From Klebsormidium nitens (lineage: Eukaryota; Plantae; Klebsormidiophyceae), in NCBI GenBank assembly GCA_000708835.1, contig DF237348.1, forward strand, positions 21,639 through 85,638: a DNA stretch of 64,000 nucleotides, given 5' to 3'. Of this stretch, positions 51,558-62,902 are shown one piece after another. Position 1 is the first letter of the stretch; each line of letters opens with the position of its first letter. Under the pieces are notes generated by a model that was not told the DNA's origin, did no database searches, and saw only the letters and a program-made list of their open reading frames with translations. Made by a program: the position numbers and the translations under genes.

Positions 51558-54500
51558 TCACACTCGAGCAGCATCGAGCGCGTGCTCGAATCCCATAACC
51601 GCCAAGAGCTCCCTAGCCATGGCTGCCATCTGAGGAGGGTACATATGCCGCCCAATCTCGTTTTTGTCGTACTTGAAGTCTCGGTCAACCACTTGCTCCA
51701 GGAAATCGAGGGCGTGGATCGGCTTCGGCCCGAAGGTTTGCAAGAACTCCTCGCTAAGGTATGGCACGTCGTAGAACCGTGCCAGCTGAAACTTCTCCAT
51801 CTGCACTAACTCCCCCTCGCGATGTTCGTTTCTTTGGGACCGCCGTTCAATGTCGGCGAACTGGGCTTGCGAGATGTTAGGGGCGCTGATCATCTGCTCC
51901 AAGAGATACTCGCCCCCAAAAACCCCTTCTTCCGAGGGGACCGGGTTCACTTCGACCGCCTCTTCGTCTACGTTCTCGACGATGACGTGGCCGTCCGCCC
52001 TCAGCAAGTCTGTGAACTCCTGGTAGAAATGCGTCTGTCCGTTGAACATCTCCTTCTCGTTGTGAGCGAGAAGACGGGTTATTGGATGCACACAGTTCAG
52101 CCCGCCCCTTAGATTCTGGTTGAGGAACCACTGGTAGGTCTCTTCGACCCCCAGCCTTGCCTTGCTACCCGACCTGCTCATCTCCATCAACGACCCACCC
52201 ACTGACGGCCCCGCGGGTTCGGCGGGCAACCAGATGCCCTCCTGGAGATAGCACAGGACCCGTGGATTCTCCAACTTCCGTACACGGCCCTTCATCTGAT
52301 TGAGCCCCCGAGGGTGGGTGCTCTTCAGGCAGATGTACAGGAACATCTGGTGAAACCAGTCCTGGTTGAAATCCACGCCTGCTTCGACCGTGGGGCTGAT
52401 GATTACAAGCTGTTTCCGCCACTGCCTGTTCACATCCTGCAACCCTCGTTTGACTGCACCGTCCGAGTGCCGAGTGATGATGAGATCTGATCGCTCTCGA
52501 CCAGACCGCGCTCCTCGACCGCCGCCCCCAACTCTCGCACTTTTTCTGAGGACATGCTCACGATATAGACGTTGCGCCCAGCCCCAAGCGCCTCGAAAAC
52601 CGCCCCCTCCCACTTGACAAGCCCCTCGGTCTTGCCCTGAAGGAACTCAAACTCGAGGGGCCTCTCTGGAGCATGTTTGTTGACCACCACGGGGGAGCAG
52701 GATATCTCGTTCATCGTTAGGAACTCAAACGTCCGTTGCCCCAAATGCCCGTCCAGGAAGATGATCCGCCGCGCTCTTTTCATCAACTCGATAAGGAGCT
52801 GAATGACTCTGTGCCTCTCGCGAAGCGTGTCCGCCGACAGATGTGCCAAAATCGACTCGCTCTCGTCCAGGACGAGCAGGTCAAACGAGGGGGCGTCCTC
52901 GTCGTCTTCAGCAAGCAGCCCGGGCAAGCTGTCAGTTTGGACGATGACGCGGGGATGGTGTTCCCGGTCGGCGAGGGGGTGGATGAAGCGGTCGGGGCCG
53001 AGCATACGCCCATCCGCCTGCTTGAGATCTCCGTAGTGGGAGAAGCTCTGGTGCTTGCCTGCCGCGTCGAGAGCTTGCGTGCAGCGATAGGTGATCATGG
53101 AGACCTTCTTGAATCGTGAGTCTTCGGCTAGAAGAGCCGCAAGAAGGGTGCTCTTGCCGCTCCCCATGGGGCTCCTGATCGACAGATTTTTGTACCGGCC
53201 CTCCAGCCACCTGCACAAAGAAGTGAGATAGAGTCTTTGGATCCGTCTTCCGAAGCCGGCCGACTGGCAAGTGATGCAGCAATATTCCTTTCCTAACATA
53301 TGGCCTACACCTTGCAGATGGCAGAAGACTGGATTCCTTATTTCCCATGACAAGGTGTGGGCCCGTTCAAATGTTTTAGCCACTCATTTCAAGCCACTCC
53401 AAACCCACGAATCTGCTTCTGAACCGGCCCAGCAGCCACTTCTCCTCACAGCTATCCATAGAGGACCTGGCCTACACCTTGCAAATGGCAAAAGGCTGGA
53501 TTCCTTATTTCTATTGACAAGGTGTGGACCAGAGGCAGGGCACGTGCCCAAAGTCGGGTTTTGCCAACCTCGGCCCGGTGTCCGGTCGGGCTTGCTTATG
53601 GCCTACACCTTGCAGATGGCGAAAGACTGGTTTTCTTACCAGCATGAAAAGGTATGGCCCCGTTCACCAAACCCTGAAAGTGGGGGACCAGCGACAAAAC
53701 AAAAGGACTCCACCAGAATGTCAAGTCGACCATTAAAACCGAGACTGAAACCGAGCGTGTACGAACTCACTTGTTCACGATGTCATTGAAGACGACCTTG
53801 TCCGTCAGAGGGCGGACCCCGGCGCGAATCAGCTGCAGGTCCATGGGCGCGGCAGCCAGCGGGTGTCGATCCAGGTACTTCAGGTCGACCTCGACAGCAC
53901 CATCCTTCCAAGTTTCGTTGTCCACCCAGTAGGGCCCAAGGTACTTGGCCGGCAGGTTCTTGCAGCAGACACCCGTCTCCAGATCGACCCGCTCGCTGCT
54001 GCACACCGCGAACACGGCGTTCCTCTCGCGATCCGCGACACAGAGGATGTCCCGCTCCCCGGCATGCACGTGCCCCGAGTAGCACGGCTCGCTCCGATCG
54101 TGCCAGCTGAAGTTCAACGCGTTTGCCGACCCCCTGCGGTACGCCGTCGGGTGCAGTTTCTGGATGAGCTCCGTGCACCGTTGTACCTCATACATGCTCG
54201 CAGCTCTGGGGTTTAGGTGGCCTGGATTCTCTGGCCTCTCGCGCGCGCGCACCGCTCGAAACACGACGTCAGGGACCTTGATCATTTGAACGTGGTCATC
54301 GAACCAGGTGATGCAGGCGTCCGCGTACGGCTTGCTCTCGTCCAAGGGGATCAGCCGGCTCTGAGGGTTAGAGGGTTTGGAGCAGTAGGGGAGTCGGATC
54401 CCCCGGTTCCTGGTGTAGACCGACTGGTCGATCAGCTCGGCATAACGGTTGGGCAAGTGCTGGCCGAGCTTTCTCGCGAGATGCCCCGCTCCTTGAGGGT

Positions 54501-57500
54501 CCGCCGGGGGCGCCAGGTTGGAGCGGTAGACAAACTGGGGGGAGTGGGAGGAGACGACTAGGTGCAGGCTGAACTTGCCGCCCGGCCCATAGTCGCAGGG
54601 GATCCAGTTGAAGGCTTCCTTTGGAAGCTCGATGCCGTACTCCGAGCGGAAGATGGCCGTGATTTCCTCCTCAAAGGCCTCAATGACCGTTTCGAGGGAC
54701 TCTCCCTCTGGCAGGCCCCCGTCTCGTTCCAGATCCAGGTACGGCTTGCAGGGACACCCCGCTTTGATGGCCTCTTCCAAGTGAGGCTCGCCGCGCAGTT
54801 TGGGGTAAGCCGAGGGCCAATCCGGGTAAGACCCGAACTCCCGGGAGGGACGCAGGCGACGGATCTCGACCTGATGGCCGAGCACTTCCCCGTAACGACG
54901 GCAGCAACCCTGCGGCCCGTTCTTCGCGTCCTGGTAGTCGACCTTATCGTCGAACTTGCGCTTGGCAAAGAAGAAGGCGCCCAGCTCCGTCTTCTTGATG
55001 GTCAGCAACTTCCCGCCGTGCTCGCTGTGGACCACAATCTCGCCGGGGCGCAATCGAGGGTCCGCTGATGAGGCATCCTGCACGAAAGAAACCAGACCGA
55101 GTCACTGCTGGGAGACGTACAGCGGCCGCGGGAATCCGTACTTAGAGAAGCGCTGTTCTGAAGAGAGGCAGAATCTCATGTCTTTACACCACAGCAGCTG
55201 GTGCTGGTGCCGAATCTCACTAAGCTTGACCGCAATGATAAAGGGGTTTGCGTCAGGGTAAGGATGTTCCGAGAAGCAGCCTTGGGGCATTCGACGATCT
55301 TCGTCAGATAGACAAGTGCGGTGATACGAAGTCGATTGGCCGCCCCTGCTGAAGGGGTTCATAGAAGAATGGCCACTTCGAGGATTGAAATCCGGGCTCA
55401 CTCACTACTTAGCATGGTCCAGGTAGGTTACGTAAGCTCATGTCCGTTGACAAGGTACAAACGGGATGAGAATGTTTTCTGCACAATTGGGACTTACAGC
55501 TTCTACTAAAGCCCAGGTCGCGGATTGAGAAGGCGGGTCGAAGTCGGGGGTTGCGCTGGGCTCGCCAGCTTCTGCACCGGGGGGCAGGCTTGCTGCGCTA
55601 CTGAGATGGTCGGAAGGGATCCCTTGGAGCCGCTGCCGTACATCTTGGCCCCTCTCAAGTTCCTGCAAAATCGCGAATGCTGGAATCAAACGCTCACAAT
55701 CGAGCCTGCCCTCGATTTTCAGAACACCGCTTGCTGTGGCCTACACCTTGCAGATGGTAGAAGACTGGTTTCCTAATTTCTAATGACAGTGTGTGGACCA
55801 GATGAGGACCAGAGGCGGGGCACGTGCTGTGGCGAGGGGCAAAACTTATGGCCTACACCTTGCAGATAGCGCAAGACTTGAATTCCTTATTTCCATTGAC
55901 AAGGTATGGACCAGAGGCGGGGCACGTGCACACAGTAGATTTGCCAACCGCGGCGTGCGGTCGGGCTTGCTTATGGCCTACACCTTGCAAATGGCAAAAG
56001 ACTGGTTTCCTTATTTCCAATGACAAGGTGTAGACCAAGTTTTTAAAGGAAGAGACGGGCCCTCACCCACCATCTGCAATTTCCACGAGCTTGCATTGCA
56101 TGGTTCAGCCGGGCTTTGTAAGCTCAGGTCAAGCGAAGAGTTTGACGGAATCGAATGCCTTTGCACGGTCGGAACTTACATCTCCAACTGAAGCGCAGGT
56201 CGCGAGTCGAGAACGCGGATCGAAGTTGGGGGCTGCGCTGGGCTCGCCAGATTCTGCAACGGGGGACCGGCTTGATGCGTCACTGGAACTCTCTGCAGGG
56301 ATCCCTTGGAGCCGCTGCTGCGCATCCTGGAGCCTCTCGAGTTCCTGCGTAACGTGCACACTGGATCTAACACTCGCATCCGAGCTTATCCTCATACCGC
56401 TTGCTTTGGCCTACACCTTGCAAATGGGAAAAGGCTGGGTTCCTTATTTCTAACAACAAGGTGTGGACCAGAGGCAAGGCACGTGCCTACCATCGATTTC
56501 TGCCAACCGCTGTGTGGTCGGGCTGGCTTATGGCCTACACCTTGCAAGTGGCAAAAGGCTGGGTTCCTTAATTCTAATGACAAGGTGTGGACCGGAGGCG
56601 GGGGAGTGGGCGCCCACCACGCCCATCCGCGCTCTGGCTCGAGCTTGCGTCCTAGTCCGACCCAACACGTCGGACCCAAGGCTGACACTGATTTTTGATG
56701 CAGTGCTTGACCGTGTATGCCTAACCGCTCATGATCAGTCCTGACACCCGCCCGACCATGCATGCCAAGCCCGCATGCCTGACCTTTAAAAGATCTATGA
56801 AAGTCTCTTAACAACGCAGCATGTGCGTTCTCTGGTACCGCCAGCCTCACCTCAGCCTGCCCAAGGGCCTCGTGTGGACTGTGCTGGATCGACTGCCGCA
56901 TCGCGCTGTCGAAGTGCCTGAAATCATAGGAAGCATATGGGTGAAAACATCAGCGATTATCGTAAAAATTGAGACGATTTGCTGTCTCGAGGGACGTTTC
57001 TGCAGCTGATCAGTCGACCTGCACCCGCACGCACAGACACGACGAGTCATTCAAGAGCAGAGGCTCACTCGCCACCCTGCCGGTCCTCCTCGCCAACTTC
57101 GGCCACTGTCACGTCCATGCCCGAGCGCTCCCGCAGGGCCTCGGCCGCGACTGCCACTTGGGCGGGTCGATGGCCCCCTCCCTGCACCTCAGGCATCCGC
57201 CGCATCGTCGCCTGCAAAACCAGCGAGTGCGTCTTTTCCATCCGATCTCGAAGGTAGCGGCTTTCTCTGCCTACGTCTAGATTCTGCTTTCTAGACGATG
57301 CTTCGACATCGGAGTCAGATGCAGGTAAACAGCAGAAAACAGATCAGCATTTTGGGGAGACCAGAGGCGGGGCACGTGCCCACCGTCGGTTTTGCCAACC
57401 GCGGGGTGCGGTCGGGCTTGCTTATGGCCTACACCTTGCATATGGCGAAAGCCTGGTTTCCTTATTTCCAATGACAAGGTGTAGACCAGAGGCTCATGCC

Positions 57501-60500
57501 TACCATAGCCATCCGGCTTGAGCTTGCGTCCAAGTCTTACCCAACATGTCGGACTCAAGCCTAATACTGATATTGTTGCACTGCCTGACCCTGCATGCCT
57601 GACCCCTCATGATCGGTCCTGACATCCGCCTGGCCCTGCCTGCCAAACCCGCAAGCCTGACCGTTGACGAATTATGACTGTCTCGAACAATAGCACGTGC
57701 TTTTCTCTTGTAACGTCAGCCTCACCTCAGCCTGCCTGAAAGCCTCCCGTGGGCTGTGCTGGACGGACTGCCGCACCGCCTTATCGAAGTGCCTGCAACG
57801 ATCGGAAGCATGTGGGTGATAACCTTGGCGATTAGCGTGAAGGACGTTTTGCTGTCTCGAGTACGTTTCTGCAGCTGATCTGCACCCGCACGCACGGACA
57901 CGACGAGTCATTCAAGAGCAGAGGCTCACTCGCCACCCTGCCGGTCCTCCTCGCCGACTTCGGCCACTCTCGCGTCCACGCGCGAGCGCTCGCGCAAAGC
58001 CTCGGCCGCGACTGCCTTTTGGGCGGGTTGATGCAGCCCTCCCTGCGCCTCAGGCATCCGCCGCGCCGTCGCCTGCGAAACGAGCGAGTGCGTGTTTCTG
58101 TCCGATCTCGAAGGTGGCGACTTTTTCTGCCCATGCCTAGCTTTTGTTTTCGTAAGATGCTCCAATATCGGAGTCGAATCCAGATGAACGGCAGCAAGCA
58201 GATGAGCATTTAGGGGAGATGTGCACGGAAGGCTGCATTTGGCTGCAAGGGATTCCAACCGCAAAAACGCAAAGCGACAGCACTGACGAGTGCGCCCGCG
58301 AGGGATGCGAGTCGCACTCCTATATCAGCCGGATGAGTTCGCACCTCCTGCCTGTTTTGATGGGGCCTCAATCCCTCTAGAGTCCGGAAATGAGCCTCAC
58401 GAGCCGCCCAGATCTCCGCCCGAGCCGCCTCGTCCATCGGGGGAGGAATCGGCTTCGCACGCTTGCTGTGGGTGAAGGGAGAAGAAGAATTCGAGTCAAT
58501 GACGGGCCAAGACTCCTCAGCCACAGGCCTGCTACCCTGCAAAAAGCCGTCTGCACCAGGTCCCTATGTCGACTCGAGAGGCCTCTCTGTGCTCAGTGAC
58601 CCAGTCAAACTGATTCCTAACCAGGATCACTGGCAAAAGTCGAACCCGAGATGACGAATGAGGGGACAACGAGCTTACTGTGACGTCTTCTTCACCGGTT
58701 GACCAGCCTTTGGCACCACCGATCTTGATCCCCCTGCTGCTTCAACCTGGGGGGAAGCAATATGGCGGAAGGGTGGGCAAGTATTGAAGCTGTGCACGGC
58801 CACTGCCACGAGGAAGACCTAGGGCTCCCTTATGAGGTTGTCGAAAAGCGGCCGGTCAGGATCGAGCGAGACGTATGCAAGCGCCTCTACGCTAAGGAAA
58901 TCGTTTCACATCCTATCCTCCTACTGACAGTGAACGGTCTCACCCTACGAGCGAGCTCTTTTCTGGAACGAGGAAGGGTAGTTCTACAACCACGAGGGCT
59001 GGTTGGAGTACCTAATTTCGCACTGCTCTGCCGTGTGGGGAGTGAAGCTGAGCGGGACATCGAGTGGAAGGGGGCGACAGAGCCTCGACTGGAGTCGAGG
59101 GCCGTATCATCCTCGAGATGCCCATTTTCTGCACAAGAATGCGAGTGGACTCACCAAAGGTGTAGGCTCCGTAGCAGCAGAGCGAAGCTCATCGGCAGGA
59201 TGCGGAGGAGCGGGGGAAGGGCCCGGGTTCTGCATGACAAGAAAAAGCCTAGGGTCTTAGGAGCAACCGGCATGGATGTGAGGCAACTCTAGAGGATAGA
59301 ATATTACTGCAATGCAAGGGAGAGGCTCGGAAGTGGTCAATCGAAACCCGAGAGTAGCAGTGTCGTTCGCATTTCGAAACCTTCCTGGACAAGAACCCGG
59401 GACACAGACGAGGCACCTTTTCGAAGCGTTTACCTTTGCAGCACTTCAAATGCGTCAAGGACACTGTCTAAGTCTGGCGCAGACGACGGCTGATCTAGCC
59501 TCCGGCATCGAGAATCAGTAAATGGTCCAACTCACATGCGGCTCCCCAGCAGCGGACCCCGTGGACTGCTGACACACATCATGACCATCGCTTGTTGCCA
59601 CGCCAAGTTCCTGCACATGAGCGTCGAGCGAAATCCCCTTTTGCATATGGCCACACCTTGCAGATGGGGAGAGACTCGATGTCTGCACCGATGACGATGT
59701 GTGGACTAGTGAGAAAGAGAGAGAAGAGCGAAATGCCCATCATCGGTTTTGAATATCGCAAAGTGTGGTCGGGCTTGCTTGTGTGGCCTACACCTTGCAG
59801 ATGGCAAAAGCCTGGATTTCTTAATACCAATGACAAGGTCTAGACCCGATTCTCAAGAAGCATGACGCATGCCCATTTTCGGCTCTGAGAACCGCGGGCT
59901 TTCGTCGGGCTTGCTTATGGCCTACACCTTGCGATTGGCAGATTAACTTGGTTCCCTATCCCCAATGAAAGGTGTGGACCCGATTTTCGCCCACCATCTG
60001 CGCTTTGGATCGAGCTTGCATCGCCTGGTCCAAACAGATTTCGTAAGCTCAGGTCGATCGACAAGGTGCAACACTGGAAGTTTGACGAGACTGAGTGTCT
60101 TTGCACAATTGGGACTTACATCTCCAACCAAAGCGCAGGTCGCCGAATGAGAAGGCGGGTCGAAGTCGGGGGCTGCGCTGTGCTCGCCAGCTTCTGCATG
60201 GGGGGGTGGGCTTGCTGCGCTACTCAGATCCTCAGCGGGGTTCCCCTGGAGCCGCAAGCGCACATCCTGGCCCCTCTCGAGTACCTGCATGACGCACACA
60301 CCGGACACTCACATTCGAGCCTACCCTCATATTCCGCTTGCTTTGGGCTACACCTTGCGGATAGCAGGAGACTGGAATCCTTATTTCCAATGACAAGATG
60401 TGGACCAGAGGCGGGGCACGTACTGTGGGGAGGGGCTCGCTCATGGCCCACCTTGCAGATGGCAGAAGACTGAATTCCTTGTTTCCAATGACAAGGTGTG

Positions 60501-61660
60501 GACCAGAGGCGGGTACGTGCCCACCGTCGTTCTTGCCACGGCTGTATGGTCGGGCTTGCTTATGGCCTACACCTTGCAAATGGTAAAAGCCTGGGTTCCT
60601 TAATTCTAATGACAAGGTGTAGACCAGAGGCAAGACTTTCCGCCCAGCCTGGATTGCATTTGCAAGCTCAACATGAAAGTCGCGATGAGCCTGTAGAGGG
60701 CGGAGTGCCTAAGTTCTCTTGGATATTGCAGGCCACAAGAGCTCCTCGAGCATACCAACGAGCGCCTCACATGTGAGAATGGTTGCGGCGTTGGCACGTG
60801 CTCCTCCTCTGCCTCCTCTAACTCTTGAGAGAGATTCGGACGGCGTCGCTTCCTCTCGAGCGCCCGCCCTGTTAATACCACCCCACCAATGTCCTCCTCG
60901 AGACAAGAGGCTCCTTCTGGGCAGCGCTCGCCTTCACCGTTGGAGGACTGCAAAGACGACACGCAACAAGCCTGATGGGTGTGGACTTCATTCCACCATC
61001 AATCAAGCGTCACCAGGCGCCTTCCTGATGAGAATCCAGGATTGCTTCAGCTGCGAAGCACGCGTGCCTTAGCGGCACACCAGATTTAGCAACCCAACGA
61101 AGTCGCATCGAGACAAATTGCGTTGGCATCATGTTGCTCCTGTCTCTCAGCTTTTCGCAATCCAGTTCGTACCTTGCGTTTGCATTTGATTGACGGTGAT
61201 ACAGGAATCGGCTCTCTAAAAGCGCTGTTGGTAGACCAGTTGGCAACCGGAGAGGTGGGTGAATCACCCTGTACAGCACAGCAAACCCAGAAGTGGCTTG
61301 ACAGCAGAAGACACTGGTCAGTTTTGCATAAACGGGCACCAATGTTGCACGAGGCAGTTGCAAGAGAATGGGCAGACACCCTGGTGTAAATCTCAGACAC
61401 AGACTTTCAAGCCAACATAGTGCGTGCAGGTCATTTCGTAGGACCCAGAAGCCCACTGGACTGGGTTGACGCTAACCTCATTGTTGGGAGCCCTGTAGAA
61501 GCTTGCACCTTGTATGCTGCCAGAATCTTGATCGTCAAAGAAATCTTGTAGTGACTGTCCAGACTGAGATCCATCGACAGATCGATCAGCATACTCAGCA
61601 CCTTCGATGTCCTCTCCTTGGGTCCCTTCTGATTCTGACACATCACTGTACACATGAGCA
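51558..61660 (-). CDS. Multi-exon AEP primase-polymerase / UL9-type SF2 helicase fusion with a long repetitive N-terminal arm; one frameshift at ~52484; 5' end not found
   Basis: The AEP exon (55077-53771) has KPYLDLE, KFSLHLVV and LIDQSVYTRNRGIRLPYCSKP. It splices in phase (AA/G) across intron 53770-53211 to the helicase exon: SPMGSGKST, ITYR, FDLLVLDESES, IIFLDG, IISPTVEAGVDF, NQMKGRVRKL. Upstream exons have canonical GT-AG ends and compatible phases. Confidence 0.8.
53302..60625. repeat. 15 same-orientation copies of a ~62-nt hairpin in six clusters
   Basis: Consensus GGCCTACACCTTGCARATGGCARAAGRCTGGDTTCCTTATTTCYAATGACAAGGTGTRGACC. Starts at about 53302, 53469, 53600, 55738, 55850, 55975, 56408, 56532, 57426, 59649, 59785, 59919, 60345, 60445 and 60564. 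Confidence 0.93.
55498..60284 (-). repeat. Duplicated exon cassettes: A x3 (165 nt each) and B+C x2 (143+67 nt)
   Basis: A at 60284-60120, 56344-56180 and 55662-55498. B+C at 58072-57930/57792-57726 and 57211-57069/56917-56851. Lengths are identical, splice sites are intact, and flanking intron sequence is also duplicated. Confidence 0.88.
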
Positions 61661-62902
61661 GAATACCTGTGAGCATCTCAGCTTGCACTATACGTGAGTG
61701 CATTCAGACCTAGGCAGAACTAGACGCAAACATTTCCCCGCTGATCCTGCAACTCCGCAACTCTGCAACTCAAGTAGAGATTGACCACTAGTATGATATT
61801 TGGACCTGTTTTTGAAAACACATGCCTTTATAGTCACTCCGCTCTCATCACGCCCATCTCCCAGTCTGCAATTCTGATCCCAATCACTTTCCAGCCCCAG
61901 TGCTGTCCAGAAAAGCACTCACCTATCCCAAGGCAGGTGCATGTCGGAAGACATGGCAGCTCAGCTGGCATACGCAACCAGCCGCAACCAGCCAGCTTTA
62001 TGTGACCAGAGCTCCGTCAGGCTCACAGCCTGATCAGCTTCAGCTGCTAATTGTCAGCATCAAGTCTGCGCTTCACAGGGTTGACTTAGCTTTAGCCTAC
62101 ACTAGGTCTCAGTAGCATAAGACTTACCATGATGGCAGGCAGTATCTGGATTACAAAAGGACCATCGACTCTAGGCGGCGTGTCTGTAGGCCATACTCGC
62201 AGGCGTTTGGAAAGATGAGTGAGGATTGAAAAGAAGGGGAGTCCCGGAAAAGCTCATCTGCAAATTAAAGGATTGAAGCAGAAGATTGCCCCTTTACATC
62301 CCATGAGCACGCGAATTCAGTCGAACACTGTGCATGATCCAGTAAAGCTGCAGCCTCTGCTTTGTTGGCAGGCTGCTGCGTTGGCAGAAGCTTCCTAACC
62401 CTTCCAAACTGCTGCGTTGGCCGTCCGAAAACTGTCACCCTTTAGAAGGCAACCAACAAAGCGACAGGGCTGAAGCTGCTTGAGTCTTTGCTGCATTGGC
62501 CTGAGTTTCCAGAATCTGTTTGAGCTGAGTGTTCAGAGCTTCCAATACCTGCTGCTTGCGTTGGCCTTGTCAGGGCCTGATTCAGACTGCTGACTCAAGC
62601 AGGACTTTCGCCTTGCACTGAACGCCCTTTGTGTGCGCGCCAAAAAAAAAGCTCCCGCAGTGTGCTGCCAGCTGGACGCTTCGGATGCTGAAGTCGAGTC
62701 AAAGCCAGTCTTCTTGCAAGACCCTTCTTGCGCGCGCTGCTCGCGATCGGACGGCGAAGGGTCGTTCGGGCGACGAAACCTTCTGGCCTCGGCTTTTGCA
62801 ACCAACATCATGATCGAAGTCGAGTGCGAGGGCTGAGTGGCAGTGTGGAATGGCTCAGGCGCCGCATTCACTGGTCTCTGCGGGACGTCACTGGTGAGGT
62901 GA

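Larger units (their letters stand above)
48990..61660. mobile_element. Endogenous virus-like/mobile module (YR-like x2, MC1-like, AEP-UL9 replicase); boundaries undefined
   Basis: A cluster of genes of giant-virus/PLV type lies between host genes at 46969 and 62903. No TIR, TSD, capsid or PolB was seen. Confidence 0.65.

Noticed and set aside
55102-55401. 99-aa minus-strand ORF as an extra replicase exon
   Set aside because: It would need a ~30-nt intron, and exon 55662-55498 already joins 55077 in phase without it.
58762-59292. 176-aa plus-strand ORF inside the module
   Set aside because: It lies antisense to the replicase exon/intron region, has no motif, and is probably a shadow ORF.
53302-60625. 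Hairpin array as a CRISPR array
   Set aside because: Repeats are ~62 nt, the linkers resemble each other rather than being unique spacers, no cas gene is present, and the context is eukaryotic introns.
53302-60625. Hairpin as a hammerhead, hairpin or HDV ribozyme, or an H/ACA snoRNA
   Set aside because: I found no CUGAUGA/GAAA core, no hairpin-ribozyme loop B, and no consistent ANANNA or ACA boxes on either strand. Only a covariance-model search could settle it.
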